The notes: a model not told the origin generated them from the letters alone. Positions 20,313 through 30,175 are shown, counted from the whole stretch's first letter. The stretch is 63,283 nucleotides of DNA, filler included, from 5 parts of 5 records of this genome joined end to end with filler, not necessarily neighbours in it, one strand, 5' to 3'. Program-made: numbers and translations.

Positions 20313-21641
20313 CTATTTTAACTCATTCACCCATTCATAATAACGATCATGCTTAGTGCTTTCTTCTAGCAAGTCCAATTCGGGGTCGAAAATGTACGTT
20401 GCTGGTTCTCCATTGAACTTCACTTTTACTTTCGATTTCACCATGCATTTTTTGATTCTAGCCTTTTCTGCTGCTACTTTTTCTAAGTAAAACGCGAACT
20501 GAACAATCATGTGAGGTGAATTCGCCATTTGTTGAATTTCGTCGGGATACAAATGTTCATTTGGGTTGAGATCATAGACTTCTTTCGTTGCGAAATCCCA
20601 GATCGAAAATTGCATCTCCTCCACTTCTCTTGTTTGAATTTTCATCCTCCAAGAAAAACGTTGTGCATCACCTGTCCAATCTGTATATCCAGGAATGAAA
20701 AAGTGTCGAAGTGGTAAAATAAGCTGAATGATAACGTAGACTACAACGATTCCAACTCCCCACGTTTTCAATCCAAGTGGTTTAAGAACAATTTCTTTTG
20801 GAACTTGATTTTTTACGTTTTTCTTGACTTCTTCTTTCTTCTTAAATTTTGATCCTAACCATTCTTGATCTATAAATAAAATACTCGCTCCAATCATAAA
20901 AAATGGGAAGATATAGATGTCATCGAAGAGATACGTATTGGTTAAACTAAACAGAACAGCCGCAACAATCGCGACTTTTCTAGTTTTCTTAATCCAAAGT
21001 AAAAACCCGATGAATAGATCAAACAACAAACCTCCGTATGCGACAAAATACTGCATTCCTTGACTCGATAAAAAAGGTGTTCCTGATTTCTCGGCACGCG
21101 CCTGTAGTAACTCCTGAACTGGATGCATATCGAACCAATATGAGTTCATTTTGGAAATCGCACCAAAGAAATACACGACCACTATCTGAAATTGTAAGAC
21201 TCGATAACTCCATTGAGGAATCGTTGCTCTGTGTCGCTTCTTACTCACACTTAATGCTGCATCAGCTGGCATGAAAATCATCATGAAACTGATCAGGCAA
21301 ATTAAGTAGAGATGATTATTGTAAAGCGTTTGATCCAAGAAGAAGAAATAGCTGAAGAAGAGCGCGAAAAATCCCATCGCAAATCGATACATGATTCCCA
21401 ACGTGATTAGAATAGCGCTGATTCCAAGTCCAAACAAAATAACTTTCATCGTTTCCTGCTCAGGAAGAGGAAGATTTAAATCATACGGAAAAACGATCCC
21501 GCGAGGATAAAAACTGTCGATAAGTCCGATATTATTTATTCGGAGAATGTCCCAAAGCATAATCACCCCGAAAAGAATTCGAAAGATTCCTAAGCCGTAA
21601 GGAGCCGTTGGCTTGTTCAACCAAGTAGTGAGTTGATTCAT
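20313..21641 (-). CDS. HTTM / vitamin K-dependent gamma-carboxylase-like membrane protein
   Basis: GIFRILFG, YNNHLYL, YFFGAISK, RFSWRMK. Confidence 0.85.
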   Translation of the reverse strand: MNQLTTWLNKPTAPYGLGIFRILFGVIMLWDILRINNIGLIDSFYPRGIVFPYDLNLPLPEQETMKVILFGLGISAILITLGIMYRFAMGFFALFFSYFFFLDQTLYNNHLYLICLISFMMIFMPADAALSVSKKRHRATIPQWSYRVLQFQIVVVYFFGAISKMNSYWFDMHPVQELLQARAEKSGTPFLSSQGMQYFVAYGGLLFDLFIGFLLWIKKTRKVAIVAAVLFSLTNTYLFDDIYIFPFFMIGASILFIDQEWLGSKFKKKEEVKKNVKNQVPKEIVLKPLGLKTWGVGIVVVYVIIQLILPLRHFFIPGYTDWTGDAQRFSWRMKIQTREVEEMQFSIWDFATKEVYDLNPNEHLYPDEIQQMANSPHMIVQFAFYLEKVAAEKARIKKCMVKSKVKVKFNGEPATYIFDPELDLLEESTKHDRYYEWVNELK

Positions 21642-21697
21642 GTTCTAAACTTAGAAAATTTAATCTGAACTAAAGTAACTTACTGCCCAAAGGAGAA

Positions 21698-23503
21698 CTA
21701 ATACACCTCATGAACAACGTCCATTTTTTTAACATTTACCGCCTTCCCCGATTGATTCCACACATACACTTTGAGGATCGCTTTATGATCACCCACTGGT
21801 TGCATTGGAGATTTAATTGAGAATGATTTCCACTTGTTCGGTAATATGGAATCACTAGATACTGACCATGTTTGATAGAGGTAAGAAATATCAGACTCAT
21901 AATTGTGCAATGAAACAACCACAGTGATCTGCTCATCCTCCTTGAGCAAGGAATCAATACTTAGTTCTCCGTCTACGAGTATTTCACTATATGTAGCATA
22001 TTTGAAGAAGGTTTTCGCATCAATTTCGAAGAATGGAGATGGAAATTCCGTAGTATCCAAAACCGTATTCTCAATCGAAAAATAATTTGTCACTAATGGC
22101 TCATCTTCACTTTTTCCCTGTTGTCTACTTGCGGTACAAGGTCGTTCGAGTAAATCCCAATATTCCCCCGTTAACTGAGAGTTGGTCATCAACTCCCAAT
22201 ACGCAGCTTTTGTCATACTATCATAGTGTAAGAACGTATAAATAAACTTCTCTTCATAAAAGAAATTTAGTCGTGTTGCAAATACAACAATTACAACAAT
22301 CGGTACGAAGGTAAATTTTGAGATTATCCGATCAATGAGAATCGTAAACGTGAGAGCAAAAAGCGCATAACTTTCCACAAGAGGACGTGCACCAAGACTT
22401 CCTCCATACCACCAGCACCACCAACTGGCGATCACATAAATATTAAGTCCCGTGAAAATAATAATCGGTACCTGGAGATGTTTATATTTTCTCAGGCTCA
22501 CAAACATTCCCACGAATGCCAGAACTAGTATAGGATAATACAAGAATGCTCCTTTTCTGTAGCTGAACAAGAACTTGTAAATTTGGGGATCGTTAAAGAA
22601 CAACTTTTCTTCATTATAGGAATAAACAATCCATTCTCCTGTACCGAGTCTCCATAGTAACGGCTGAATAAATGCAAATACCCCAAAGCCCATTCCTGCA
22701 AAAAACAAGTATTTCCAATACACTTTGATCAATCGAAATTTTTCCTTAAATGTTTTCCAAGAATATACTCCGTACAGCATCGGAACCAATACAACCAGCA
22801 AGTTTGTAGGCCTGGTAATTGCCACTAAACCAATCGTTGCTCCGAGGGCGACCATCTTTAAGATCGTAACTTTAGAACTGATACTTACCGTTAAGTAAAG
22901 GACTAATGCAAATAAGAAGAAGCTGTAAATATGACTTACTCCAGGTTCTAAGGCGGAGTAATGAAAAAGGTTGGTTCCTAATACAAGAATAAAAATGGTT
23001 AGTGCAATCGAAACGTCTTTGAACTTTAGCTTTCTAAGAAAACTTCGAATGAGCAGTAATCCCAAAAAGAGATAAACCCAGGCAGCCAAAGCAATTCCGT
23101 AATAATACGTTGGAGAATAACCATTTGCGAGTTCGCCCTTTGACTTTGCTATCCAATGCGACACTATGAAAAATGGAGCAATCATTACACTCTCTCCCGC
23201 AGGCATTTTCAAAAAATGCTTTCCATGCTCGTTTTTGCTTACCCAAATTTTAATCCCTTCTTTTCGGGGGTCATCTCCCGTTGTCAAAAAGTCAAAGGTT
23301 ATATCCTGAAAAACAAAAACAGCGGGTAGATACCCATAATACATGATGGCATCATCCACGACAATTTGATCTTTCGCCCACTTATTCGATTCATACGAAT
23401 GCTCAACCACGAAGATCATACATGTCAGTATAGCAACTAAGGAAAGTAATCCCCTCTTAGTAACTTGCTGGAAAAATGTACTAACGGGTTCAATAAAGCG
23501 CAT
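21698..23503 (-). CDS. Polytopic membrane protein, probable GT-C glycosyltransferase
   Basis: DDAIMYYGYLPAVF loop, many TM segments, RPTN, WWCWWYGGSLGAR. Confidence 0.6.
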   Translation of the reverse strand: MRFIEPVSTFFQQVTKRGLLSLVAILTCMIFVVEHSYESNKWAKDQIVVDDAIMYYGYLPAVFVFQDITFDFLTTGDDPRKEGIKIWVSKNEHGKHFLKMPAGESVMIAPFFIVSHWIAKSKGELANGYSPTYYYGIALAAWVYLFLGLLLIRSFLRKLKFKDVSIALTIFILVLGTNLFHYSALEPGVSHIYSFFLFALVLYLTVSISSKVTILKMVALGATIGLVAITRPTNLLVVLVPMLYGVYSWKTFKEKFRLIKVYWKYLFFAGMGFGVFAFIQPLLWRLGTGEWIVYSYNEEKLFFNDPQIYKFLFSYRKGAFLYYPILVLAFVGMFVSLRKYKHLQVPIIIFTGLNIYVIASWWCWWYGGSLGARPLVESYALFALTFTILIDRIISKFTFVPIVVIVVFATRLNFFYEEKFIYTFLHYDSMTKAAYWELMTNSQLTGEYWDLLERPCTASRQQGKSEDEPLVTNYFSIENTVLDTTEFPSPFFEIDAKTFFKYATYSEILVDGELSIDSLLKEDEQITVVVSLHNYESDISYLYQTWSVSSDSILPNKWKSFSIKSPMQPVGDHKAILKVYVWNQSGKAVNVKKMDVVHEVY

Positions 23504-23557
23504 AATTTCAGTATAAAATTGTCGTTGAAATTCTAAAAATACTCAAATTGGAGAAAG

Positions 23558-24013
23558 TTACTCGTCAATTAGTGGTTGCAAACCAAGAAGACGGCTTCCC
23601 ACTATTTTATCAATTGGAAAAGTGAATAAGGACTCTGAGAGTTCTGAGCGTTTCACCCAACGAAATTGCTCACCTTCAACACTCAATGGTACGTCATGTT
23701 GATTCGTTACAATCGTCCCATCTTTTAAAGACGCGAAATAATAAAAACTAAAAAGCTGATCTGAATCTCGAAATGCAGACTTCTGAAAGAAATCGTTGAC
23801 ATAAAACAGGTCTCCGATTTCGGTTTCAATTTCCAACTCTTCGCGTAATTCGCGTTTCAAGCAATCTTTTGGTCCTTCTCCCCATTCCAAACCACCTCCA
23901 GGAAACTTCGTAAACGAGTTCCCATTTCTTCGTTCGTCAGAAATTAGCACTTCATCATTTTCATTGATAATAAGTGCATAAACTCGAAGATTGTATCGTT
24001 TTTCCTGCGTCAC
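23558..24013 (-). CDS. NUDIX hydrolase
   Basis: Nudix box PGGGLEWGEGPKDCLKRELREELE. Confidence 0.92.
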   Translation of the reverse strand: MTQEKRYNLRVYALIINENDEVLISDERRNGNSFTKFPGGGLEWGEGPKDCLKRELREELEIETEIGDLFYVNDFFQKSAFRDSDQLFSFYYFASLKDGTIVTNQHDVPLSVEGEQFRWVKRSELSESLFTFPIDKIVGSRLLGLQPLIDE

Positions 24014-24406
24014 TTATTTCTCAATAATCGATTTGATATCTGGGCGGAAATAAAGATTTGACTTCAACACCTTTCCATCTTCACGGTAAATCGGATTTCC
24101 ATTTTCGTCAAGCTTGCTCATGTTAGAACGTTGAATTTCTTCGAAAACTTCCACAATTTTATCTTGAAGTCCGTGTTTAAGAATGGTTCCACACAAAATG
24201 TACAATTGATCACCAAGTGCATCTGCAACTTCCACTAAATCTCCATTTTTCGCAGCTTCCAAGTACTCGTCGTTTTCTTCCTGCATTAAACGATGTCTCA
24301 ATTCGATGTCCTGCGAAGACAACTCAACTGTGGGACTGTAATTATTGTCAATTTTGAATGCTTTATGGAACGACTCAACAGCCGAGATGGTTTCTTTTAG
24401 TGTCAT
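24014..24406 (-). CDS. Nucleoside-triphosphate pyrophosphohydrolase (MazG/PRA-PH-like)
   Basis: EENDEY, VADALGD, RSNMSK, DGKVLK; start set to the ATG at 24406. Confidence 0.85.
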   Translation of the reverse strand: MTLKETISAVESFHKAFKIDNNYSPTVELSSQDIELRHRLMQEENDEYLEAAKNGDLVEVADALGDQLYILCGTILKHGLQDKIVEVFEEIQRSNMSKLDENGNPIYREDGKVLKSNLYFRPDIKSIIEK

Positions 24407-24522
24407 GAAATAATGTTTAATACAAAGATGAGAAAAACCGATTGATTTCAACAATTGTTCCTTTTTAAGAATCATTTTGGAATCTGAAATATTCGAATTG
24501 ATTCTCGCTATATTTGCGATTA

Positions 24523-25389
24523 ATGAAGGATACAATCAAGCACTACTTGAAAAAATACTTAAAGTATTATAAGGTGAAACATCGCCTTTCATCTGTTGCC
24601 GGTGATCATCAGAGGAAATTGCTTCAACTCTATTTAGATCAAAAGGAAAAAGGAACATCTCCTCCGATTTCGGAAACGGGACTTCAACTTTTTTCGCAGT
24701 TTGAGGAAGATGGAAAGATTTTGTTTGCTTTGGCAATGGTCGGAATGACCAACAAAACGTTCATTGAGTTTGGCTCGGACGATGGTATCAACAGTAATTC
24801 GGCGAATTTCTTTTATCACCATAACTTCACTGGACTTTTCATGGATGGAAACGAAAAGGCACTTGATCGAGGAAGGTACTTTTTCAAGCGTCACGGAAAT
24901 CCAACTACAAAGGCACCGATTTTCAAACAAGCAATGATCACTGCAGAAAACATCAATGAGTTGATTGAAAGTGCAGGTTTTAAAGGCGAAATTGGACTTC
25001 TTTCTATCGATATAGATGGCAACGATTATTGGGTTTGGAAAGCACTCAAGGTTGTGGAGCCACAGGTCGTAATTATTGAAACACACAACGAGTTTGGAAT
25101 GAACGACATAATTGTTCCTTACGATCCAACTTATTTTTATCCGGGCAAGCATCCAACTTATCACGGTGCGTCACCCGTAGCCATGACAAAATTGGCAAAG
25201 CATAAAGGCTATCGTTTGGTGGGATCGAACGACTTAGGGTTTAATTTCATCTACGTGAAAAACGGTCTTGCAGAAAAAGAACTTCCTGAAGTTTCGGTAG
25301 AATCGTTGCTTCAACATCCCTCAAACAGCGAGGCTCAAGCACGATTTGAAGCTGTGAAAGATTGGGAATTTGTAACTGATTTCAATTAA
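24523..25389 (+). CDS. SAM-dependent methyltransferase-like protein (FkbM-related)
   Basis: SQFEEDG, FIEFG, LSIDIDGNDYWVW, GASPVAM. Confidence 0.7.
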   Translation: MKDTIKHYLKKYLKYYKVKHRLSSVAGDHQRKLLQLYLDQKEKGTSPPISETGLQLFSQFEEDGKILFALAMVGMTNKTFIEFGSDDGINSNSANFFYHHNFTGLFMDGNEKALDRGRYFFKRHGNPTTKAPIFKQAMITAENINELIESAGFKGEIGLLSIDIDGNDYWVWKALKVVEPQVVIIETHNEFGMNDIIVPYDPTYFYPGKHPTYHGASPVAMTKLAKHKGYRLVGSNDLGFNFIYVKNGLAEKELPEVSVESLLQHPSNSEAQARFEAVKDWEFVTDFN

Positions 25390-25400
25390 ATACAACAGGT

Positions 25401-26132
25401 ATGAAACTACTTTTTTTTCTTACTCTACTTCCTGCGTTGATGAGTTGTTCTTCGCTTATGTCAACCTATTCGTATGAATCAGAGACGTTGAAAATAGATC
25501 GACTTACCAAAAACACCTTTATCCATACCTCATATCTCAATACAGACGATTTTGGTAAGGTTCCATGCAACGGAATGATTGTTATTAGTAAAGGAGAAGC
25601 CCTAATTGTGGAAACTCCAACAAATGACACGGATTCAAAAGAGCTTTTGGATTGGATAGAGAATACGCTGAAATGTAAAACAATCGGAGTGGTTGTGGAC
25701 CATTTTCATGCAGATTGTTTAGGCGGTCTAGCTGAATTTCACGCGCGAGGAATTCCATCTTATGCGCATTCGTTAACGCTTGAATTTGCTAAACGAGACG
25801 GTGTTACCGTTCCTCAGAATGGGTTCGAGAACAGGCTGGAACTCACCCTAGGAAAAAAAATCGTGGTCAACGAATTTTTAGGCGAAGGGCATACACAAGA
25901 TAATATTGTGAATTATGTTCCAAACGATCGCATCTTGTTTGGCGGTTGTTTGGTAAAAGCGATGGATGCTAGCAAAGGATATTTAGGCGATGCAAACATA
26001 AACGATTGGTCAAAAACCGTTGAGGCAGTTAAATTAAACTACAGAAAAGCGAGAGTCGTGATTCCTGGACACGGTGATTACGGTGGCTCGGAACTTCTCG
26101 ATTATACGATTGAGTTGTTTCGCTCCGAATAG
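25401..26132 (+). CDS. Subclass B1 metallo-beta-lactamase, probable lipoprotein
   Basis: HFHADC (H116/H118/D120), GHTQDN (H196), GGCLVK (C221), GYLGDAN, PGHG (H263); LMSC lipobox. Confidence 0.88.
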   Translation: MKLLFFLTLLPALMSCSSLMSTYSYESETLKIDRLTKNTFIHTSYLNTDDFGKVPCNGMIVISKGEALIVETPTNDTDSKELLDWIENTLKCKTIGVVVDHFHADCLGGLAEFHARGIPSYAHSLTLEFAKRDGVTVPQNGFENRLELTLGKKIVVNEFLGEGHTQDNIVNYVPNDRILFGGCLVKAMDASKGYLGDANINDWSKTVEAVKLNYRKARVVIPGHGDYGGSELLDYTIELFRSE

Positions 26133-26171
26133 TATATTCTTGACTTTGTTCGGACCTATTCGCTAGTTCGA

Positions 26172-26900
26172 CTATAATTTTTGCTCAATGATCATTTTCG
26201 CAGTTTCGATCGCTTTTTTGTCGTTGTATGCAGCATCATCTTTTAGGTCAACACTCAAGGTAAAAGACAATCCTTTGTAAAACACTTTTAAGTCTCTCAT
26301 TGATACTCCCATAATTCCGCTGTTCACAAAAACTGAATAAGTACCAAGACCTGGCACTTCTTCTACGTTGAACTTAGAAAGTGATCCTTTTGCAATGCTA
26401 TTTGCTGCATCCGTTTGCTCTTTTGTCGCTTTTCCATCTGCGCTTAATTCATCCGCTTTTCTCTTCATTACAGCTTCAGCATTTTTTAGTTCTTCCGCAG
26501 TTGGATTGTGATAATCGTGCTTAAACTGCTCCAGCGTAGTGTTTTTTACCCAACTCAATTCTATCGTATTTTTCAAGGGGATGCTCATCGATTGTCCTCC
26601 AATGGCTATTTTTCTTGTTCGATCAGATTTCCACTCATACTTCACGCTTTCTAGTGATGAAAGTTTTGAATGCTCTTTTTCAGCCTCACTTGCTGGCAAT
26701 CCGGATGCTTTTGATGCGATCTCCAAAGTTAGTAGTTCATCTATTTTACTTTTAAAATCTTCGGCTTTTAATCCAGCTGCCTCTGTCGCCTCCATTAGCT
26801 CTTTTTCAAGGCCATTTAATTGTTCGTTTCCTTTGCTCTCATCCCCGCATGAATAAATAAACAGGGAAATACTTGCTAATGCTATTAGTGTTGCCTTCAT
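26172..26900 (-). CDS. Hypothetical lipoprotein
   Basis: MK...LFIYSC lipobox; starts 1 nt after the upstream stop. Confidence 0.7.
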   Translation of the reverse strand: MKATLIALASISLFIYSCGDESKGNEQLNGLEKELMEATEAAGLKAEDFKSKIDELLTLEIASKASGLPASEAEKEHSKLSSLESVKYEWKSDRTRKIAIGGQSMSIPLKNTIELSWVKNTTLEQFKHDYHNPTAEELKNAEAVMKRKADELSADGKATKEQTDAANSIAKGSLSKFNVEEVPGLGTYSVFVNSGIMGVSMRDLKVFYKGLSFTLSVDLKDDAAYNDKKAIETAKMIIEQKL

Positions 26901-26901
26901 C

Positions 26902-28557
26902 TTATTTTTGGTTTTTTATCGTTTGAATTTCAGTTTTTAATTCTTCAATCATTTCTTGTTGCTCTTGAATCGCTTTTATCAAAGGTGCGATTAAGTCATT
27001 GTATCTAACACTGTACATTCCTTCATCATCTATAGTAATGATTCCGTTAGCGTTAGCTCCGTGTTTCATTAACGATTCTTCCAATTCCTGAGCGATTATT
27101 CCATATTCCACTTTTTGGGTATCATCATTTTTGCGCGTGTAGAGAACAGGATTTAAATCATTAATGAAATTCAATCCTAAATTAGATGGTTGAATATTCT
27201 CTTTCCAACGTCTATCTGAAGTAACCGACCAAGCAACTTGCACTCCAGCATAGGTGATTGCTGTATTTCCAAGACGAATTTGATTCGAACCAGAAGATGA
27301 AGGCACTTGTGCATTGTTTCCCATCCCAATGTTATTTGAACCACTACTCATGTTGAGTAATGCTTGGTAACCTACAGCGGTATTGCTTGCTCCAGACCCA
27401 TTTGATGCAAGCGCAGCTGAGCCTATAGCAGTATTGTTGTACCCAGTTGAGCTCGAAAACAATGCTGCATTACCGATCGCAGTATTGTTGTAACCATTGA
27501 TATTATATGCTAAAGCATCTGTTCCTGTTGCTGTATTACCTGTTCCAATTGTATTTGCATATAATGCATTTCGGCCAAGAGCTGTGTTGTCATAGCCGGA
27601 AGTGTTTGAATAAAGTGCCTCGTATCCATTTGCAGTATTAAAGTTTCCGGTCGTGTTAGAATACAACGAAGACACACCCGTGGCAACATTGTAACTTCCT
27701 GATGTGTTCAAGTACAACGCTAGAACCCCGCTCGCAGTGTTCAGAGAACCAGTGGTATTTAATCCTAAGGAAGATGTTCCCGAAGCGGTATTCGAATCGC
27801 CAGTTGTGTTTGAACCTAAGGAACCACCTCCATTTGCAGTATTGGCGTATCCGGTTGTATTAACGTTCAAAGCCAATGAACCTAATGCCGTATTGTTGTT
27901 TCCTGTAGTGTTTGCATTTAATGCTCCTTTGCCAAGCGCTGTATTGGAAATACCTGAAGTATTGGAGTACAATGTAGATTCCCCGACTGCTGTATTGTTA
28001 TACCCTGAAGTGTTAGAATACAATCCTTGGTAACCAAGTGCTGTATTGTTGTATCCTGTTGTGTTGCTCTGCATAGAGTACGTTCCAATTCCAGTGTTTT
28101 TATTTCCAGTGGTATTTGCGTACAAGGAACCTGAACCGTAAGCTGTATTTCCACTAGTGGTAGTACTTGAATACAAAGCAGCGAAGCCAGTCGCTGTATT
28201 ATCACTTCCTGTTGTGTTGGAGCGAAGCGCTTCATGTCCATTCACAACGTTGTTGATTCCAGAAGTCGTATTTAGCATACTATTCACTCCAACGCTTGTA
28301 TTATTTGTTGCTATTCGACCCGCTTTTACGTTGTTACGCTTTAGAACTAAATCTTGGTTGTCGGTTGTTCCAATAAAGTGTGTTGTGGGTGAAGTCCCTG
28401 CATTACCTCCAATTCCCCAACCGTTTGATGTAATTACATAAGGTGATCCTGCAGTTCCTGATCCTGATATTGAGATTCCTGTCCCCGCTGTTGATACTCC
28501 ACCTTGACCATTTGCACCTGCTGGTCCTGTTAAACCGATTGGTCCTTGAGGTCCTGT
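26902..28557 (-). CDS. Trimeric fibre-like protein: collagen repeats, 14-aa beta-helix repeats, S74 intramolecular chaperone; 5' truncated
   Basis: Frame open to the contig end (GPQGPIGLTGPAGANG); NTAxGxxALxxNTTG repeats; TSDRRWKENI, GIIAQE, VRYNDLIAPLIKAIQEQ. Confidence 0.85.
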   Translation of the reverse strand, partial: TGPQGPIGLTGPAGANGQGGVSTAGTGISISGSGTAGSPYVITSNGWGIGGNAGTSPTTHFIGTTDNQDLVLKRNNVKAGRIATNNTSVGVNSMLNTTSGINNVVNGHEALRSNTTGSDNTATGFAALYSSTTTSGNTAYGSGSLYANTTGNKNTGIGTYSMQSNTTGYNNTALGYQGLYSNTSGYNNTAVGESTLYSNTSGISNTALGKGALNANTTGNNNTALGSLALNVNTTGYANTANGGGSLGSNTTGDSNTASGTSSLGLNTTGSLNTASGVLALYLNTSGSYNVATGVSSLYSNTTGNFNTANGYEALYSNTSGYDNTALGRNALYANTIGTGNTATGTDALAYNINGYNNTAIGNAALFSSSTGYNNTAIGSAALASNGSGASNTAVGYQALLNMSSGSNNIGMGNNAQVPSSSGSNQIRLGNTAITYAGVQVAWSVTSDRRWKENIQPSNLGLNFINDLNPVLYTRKNDDTQKVEYGIIAQELEESLMKHGANANGIITIDDEGMYSVRYNDLIAPLIKAIQEQQEMIEELKTEIQTIKNQK

Positions 28558-28558
28558 T

Positions 28559-28658
28559 NNNNNNNNNNNNNNNNNNNNNNNNNNNNNNNNNNNNNNNNNN
28601 NNTTAATTAATTAANNNNNNNNNNNNNNNNNNNNNNNNNNNNNNNNNNNNNNNNNNNN
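28559..28658. other. Artificial contig linker
   Basis: 44 N + TTAATTAATTAA (stops in all six frames) + 44 N. Confidence 0.98.
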
Positions 28659-28682
28659 GAACCCGTCCTGACAGATAAGACA

Positions 28683-29399
28683 ATGCGCAACAGCAACCGC
28701 CCGCTACCAACTCCGGATCGTCCAAATTTTTATGGCCGTCGTGGCAGCCGTCCTCTTAAGGATTCGCGCCGGGCGCTGGTCGACGAACTGTTGCCGAAAA
28801 TCGGTATTACCTATCCCGATCAGGCTGATGTCGATCCGAATAGCTATTTCGCGGAGAAACCGGAACAGCTTTGGCTCGAGATCGGCTTTGGCGGGGGGGA
28901 ACATCTGGCGGGCCAGGCTCAGGCCAACCCGCAGACGGGGATTATCGGGGCTGAACCGTTTATGGACGGGGTTGGCAGCCTGTTACGCCATATCGATGAG
29001 CGTGGACTGACCAATGTTCGGGTTATTGCGGACGATTCCCGACCACTGCTTTATAAGCTGGTTGATGCCTGCTTTGATCGCGCATTCCTGCTGTTCCCGG
29101 ATCCGTGGCCGAAAAAGCGTCATGCCGAACGTCGATTCATTGGCCCCAAAAACCTTGCATTGCTGGCGCGACTTCTCAAAGATGGGGCCGAGTTCCGGGT
29201 GGCCAGCGACGATATGCAGTATATTTCCTGGACACTGCAACATATGCACAATCATCCGGATTTCGAATGGCTTGCTGAAAGCCCCGAAGACTGGCGCAAT
29301 CCGCCCGTTGATTGGGTCAAAACCCGTTATGAACAAAAAGCACTCCGTCAGGGCAAAAAGTGCAATTATTTGCGGTTCCGTCGTAAAAAGCGTTCCTGA
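28683..29399 (+). CDS. trmB: tRNA (guanine-N7)-methyltransferase
   Basis: LEIGFGGGEH, FPDPWPKKRH, TRYEQK. Confidence 0.95.
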   Translation: MRNSNRPLPTPDRPNFYGRRGSRPLKDSRRALVDELLPKIGITYPDQADVDPNSYFAEKPEQLWLEIGFGGGEHLAGQAQANPQTGIIGAEPFMDGVGSLLRHIDERGLTNVRVIADDSRPLLYKLVDACFDRAFLLFPDPWPKKRHAERRFIGPKNLALLARLLKDGAEFRVASDDMQYISWTLQHMHNHPDFEWLAESPEDWRNPPVDWVKTRYEQKALRQGKKCNYLRFRRKKRS

Positions 29400-29425
29400 T
29401 CTGCACGGTTTTGTATTGTTATCTG

Positions 29426-29466
29426 ACCCGCACCAAAGGCTTTTCGCTGTGTGCGGGTTTTCTTTT
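29426..29466 (+). terminator. Rho-independent terminator after trmB
   Basis: ACCCGCAC...GTGCGGGT followed by TTTCTTTT. Confidence 0.7.
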
Positions 29467-29512
29467 GCGTGAACGACATAACGGCACAATTTCAATAAGT
29501 TGAAATTTTAAT

Positions 29513-29527
29513 TGAGAATGATTGTCA
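29513..29527. promoter_or_regulatory. Fur-box-like site upstream of the ECF sigma gene
   Basis: TGAGAAT-G-ATTGTCA 7-1-7 near-palindrome. Confidence 0.65.
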
Positions 29528-29631
29528 TGTGCGATATTCATGTTATTCCACTGATATGACATTGTCGCAAAATCGCTTGTACCAAATGCCGGTAACAACA
29601 ATTTTTGCACATAATTCCAAAGGTCCGAACC

Positions 29632-30141
29632 GTGACACACTGGGATGTCAACATACTGTTCCGAACCTATCGCTCCCGGTTGCTGCATTTTGTGCAGCGG
29701 CGGAAGTTGTCGTGGCACATGGCCGACGACATCGTGCAGGACACCTTCCTTCGGGTTGTGGCCACACCATCGCTACCCGATCCGCAATTTGCCCAGTCCT
29801 ATCTTTTTAGGACGGCCCAAAATCTGGTGATCGATCATTTCCGGCGGGAACGAATACTGACCTTCGTTCAGGAACCCGATAAAGCATTTGAATTCGTTGC
29901 CGATGACGCTCCGTCCCCCGAACAGATCGCATGGTCTCGTCAGGAACTGCGCCATCTACAGGCTTCACTGAATGCTTTGCCAAAAAACCTTCGGACTGTT
30001 TTCATTCTTGCCCGGCTTGAAGGCAAAACATACGTCGAAATCGGCGAACAACTTGGCATTCCAACACAAACCGCGTTTAGCCGCATGGTCCGTGCCCTGA
30101 AACTTGTCAAAGAGGCAATGGATAAATCGGAAAAAAATTGA
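29632..30141 (+). CDS. FecI/HasI-type ECF sigma factor
   Basis: ADDIVQDTFLR, YLFRTAQNLVIDH, LEGKTYVEIG; adjacent to FecR and a TonB receptor. Confidence 0.9.
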   Translation: MTHWDVNILFRTYRSRLLHFVQRRKLSWHMADDIVQDTFLRVVATPSLPDPQFAQSYLFRTAQNLVIDHFRRERILTFVQEPDKAFEFVADDAPSPEQIAWSRQELRHLQASLNALPKNLRTVFILARLEGKTYVEIGEQLGIPTQTAFSRMVRALKLVKEAMDKSEKN

Positions 30142-30150
30142 ATGTTGGAT

Positions 30151-30175
30151 CAGAAATATGCGCTTCAGGTTCGTC
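30151..30175 (+). promoter_or_regulatory. Putative ECF-sigma promoter, copy 1
   Basis: CAGAAATATGCGCTTCAGGTTCGTC; 18/25 identical to 31270-31294; ends in CGTC. Confidence 0.55.

Noticed and set aside
27330-28290. 42-nt periodicity
   Set aside because: Explained by the 14-aa protein repeats
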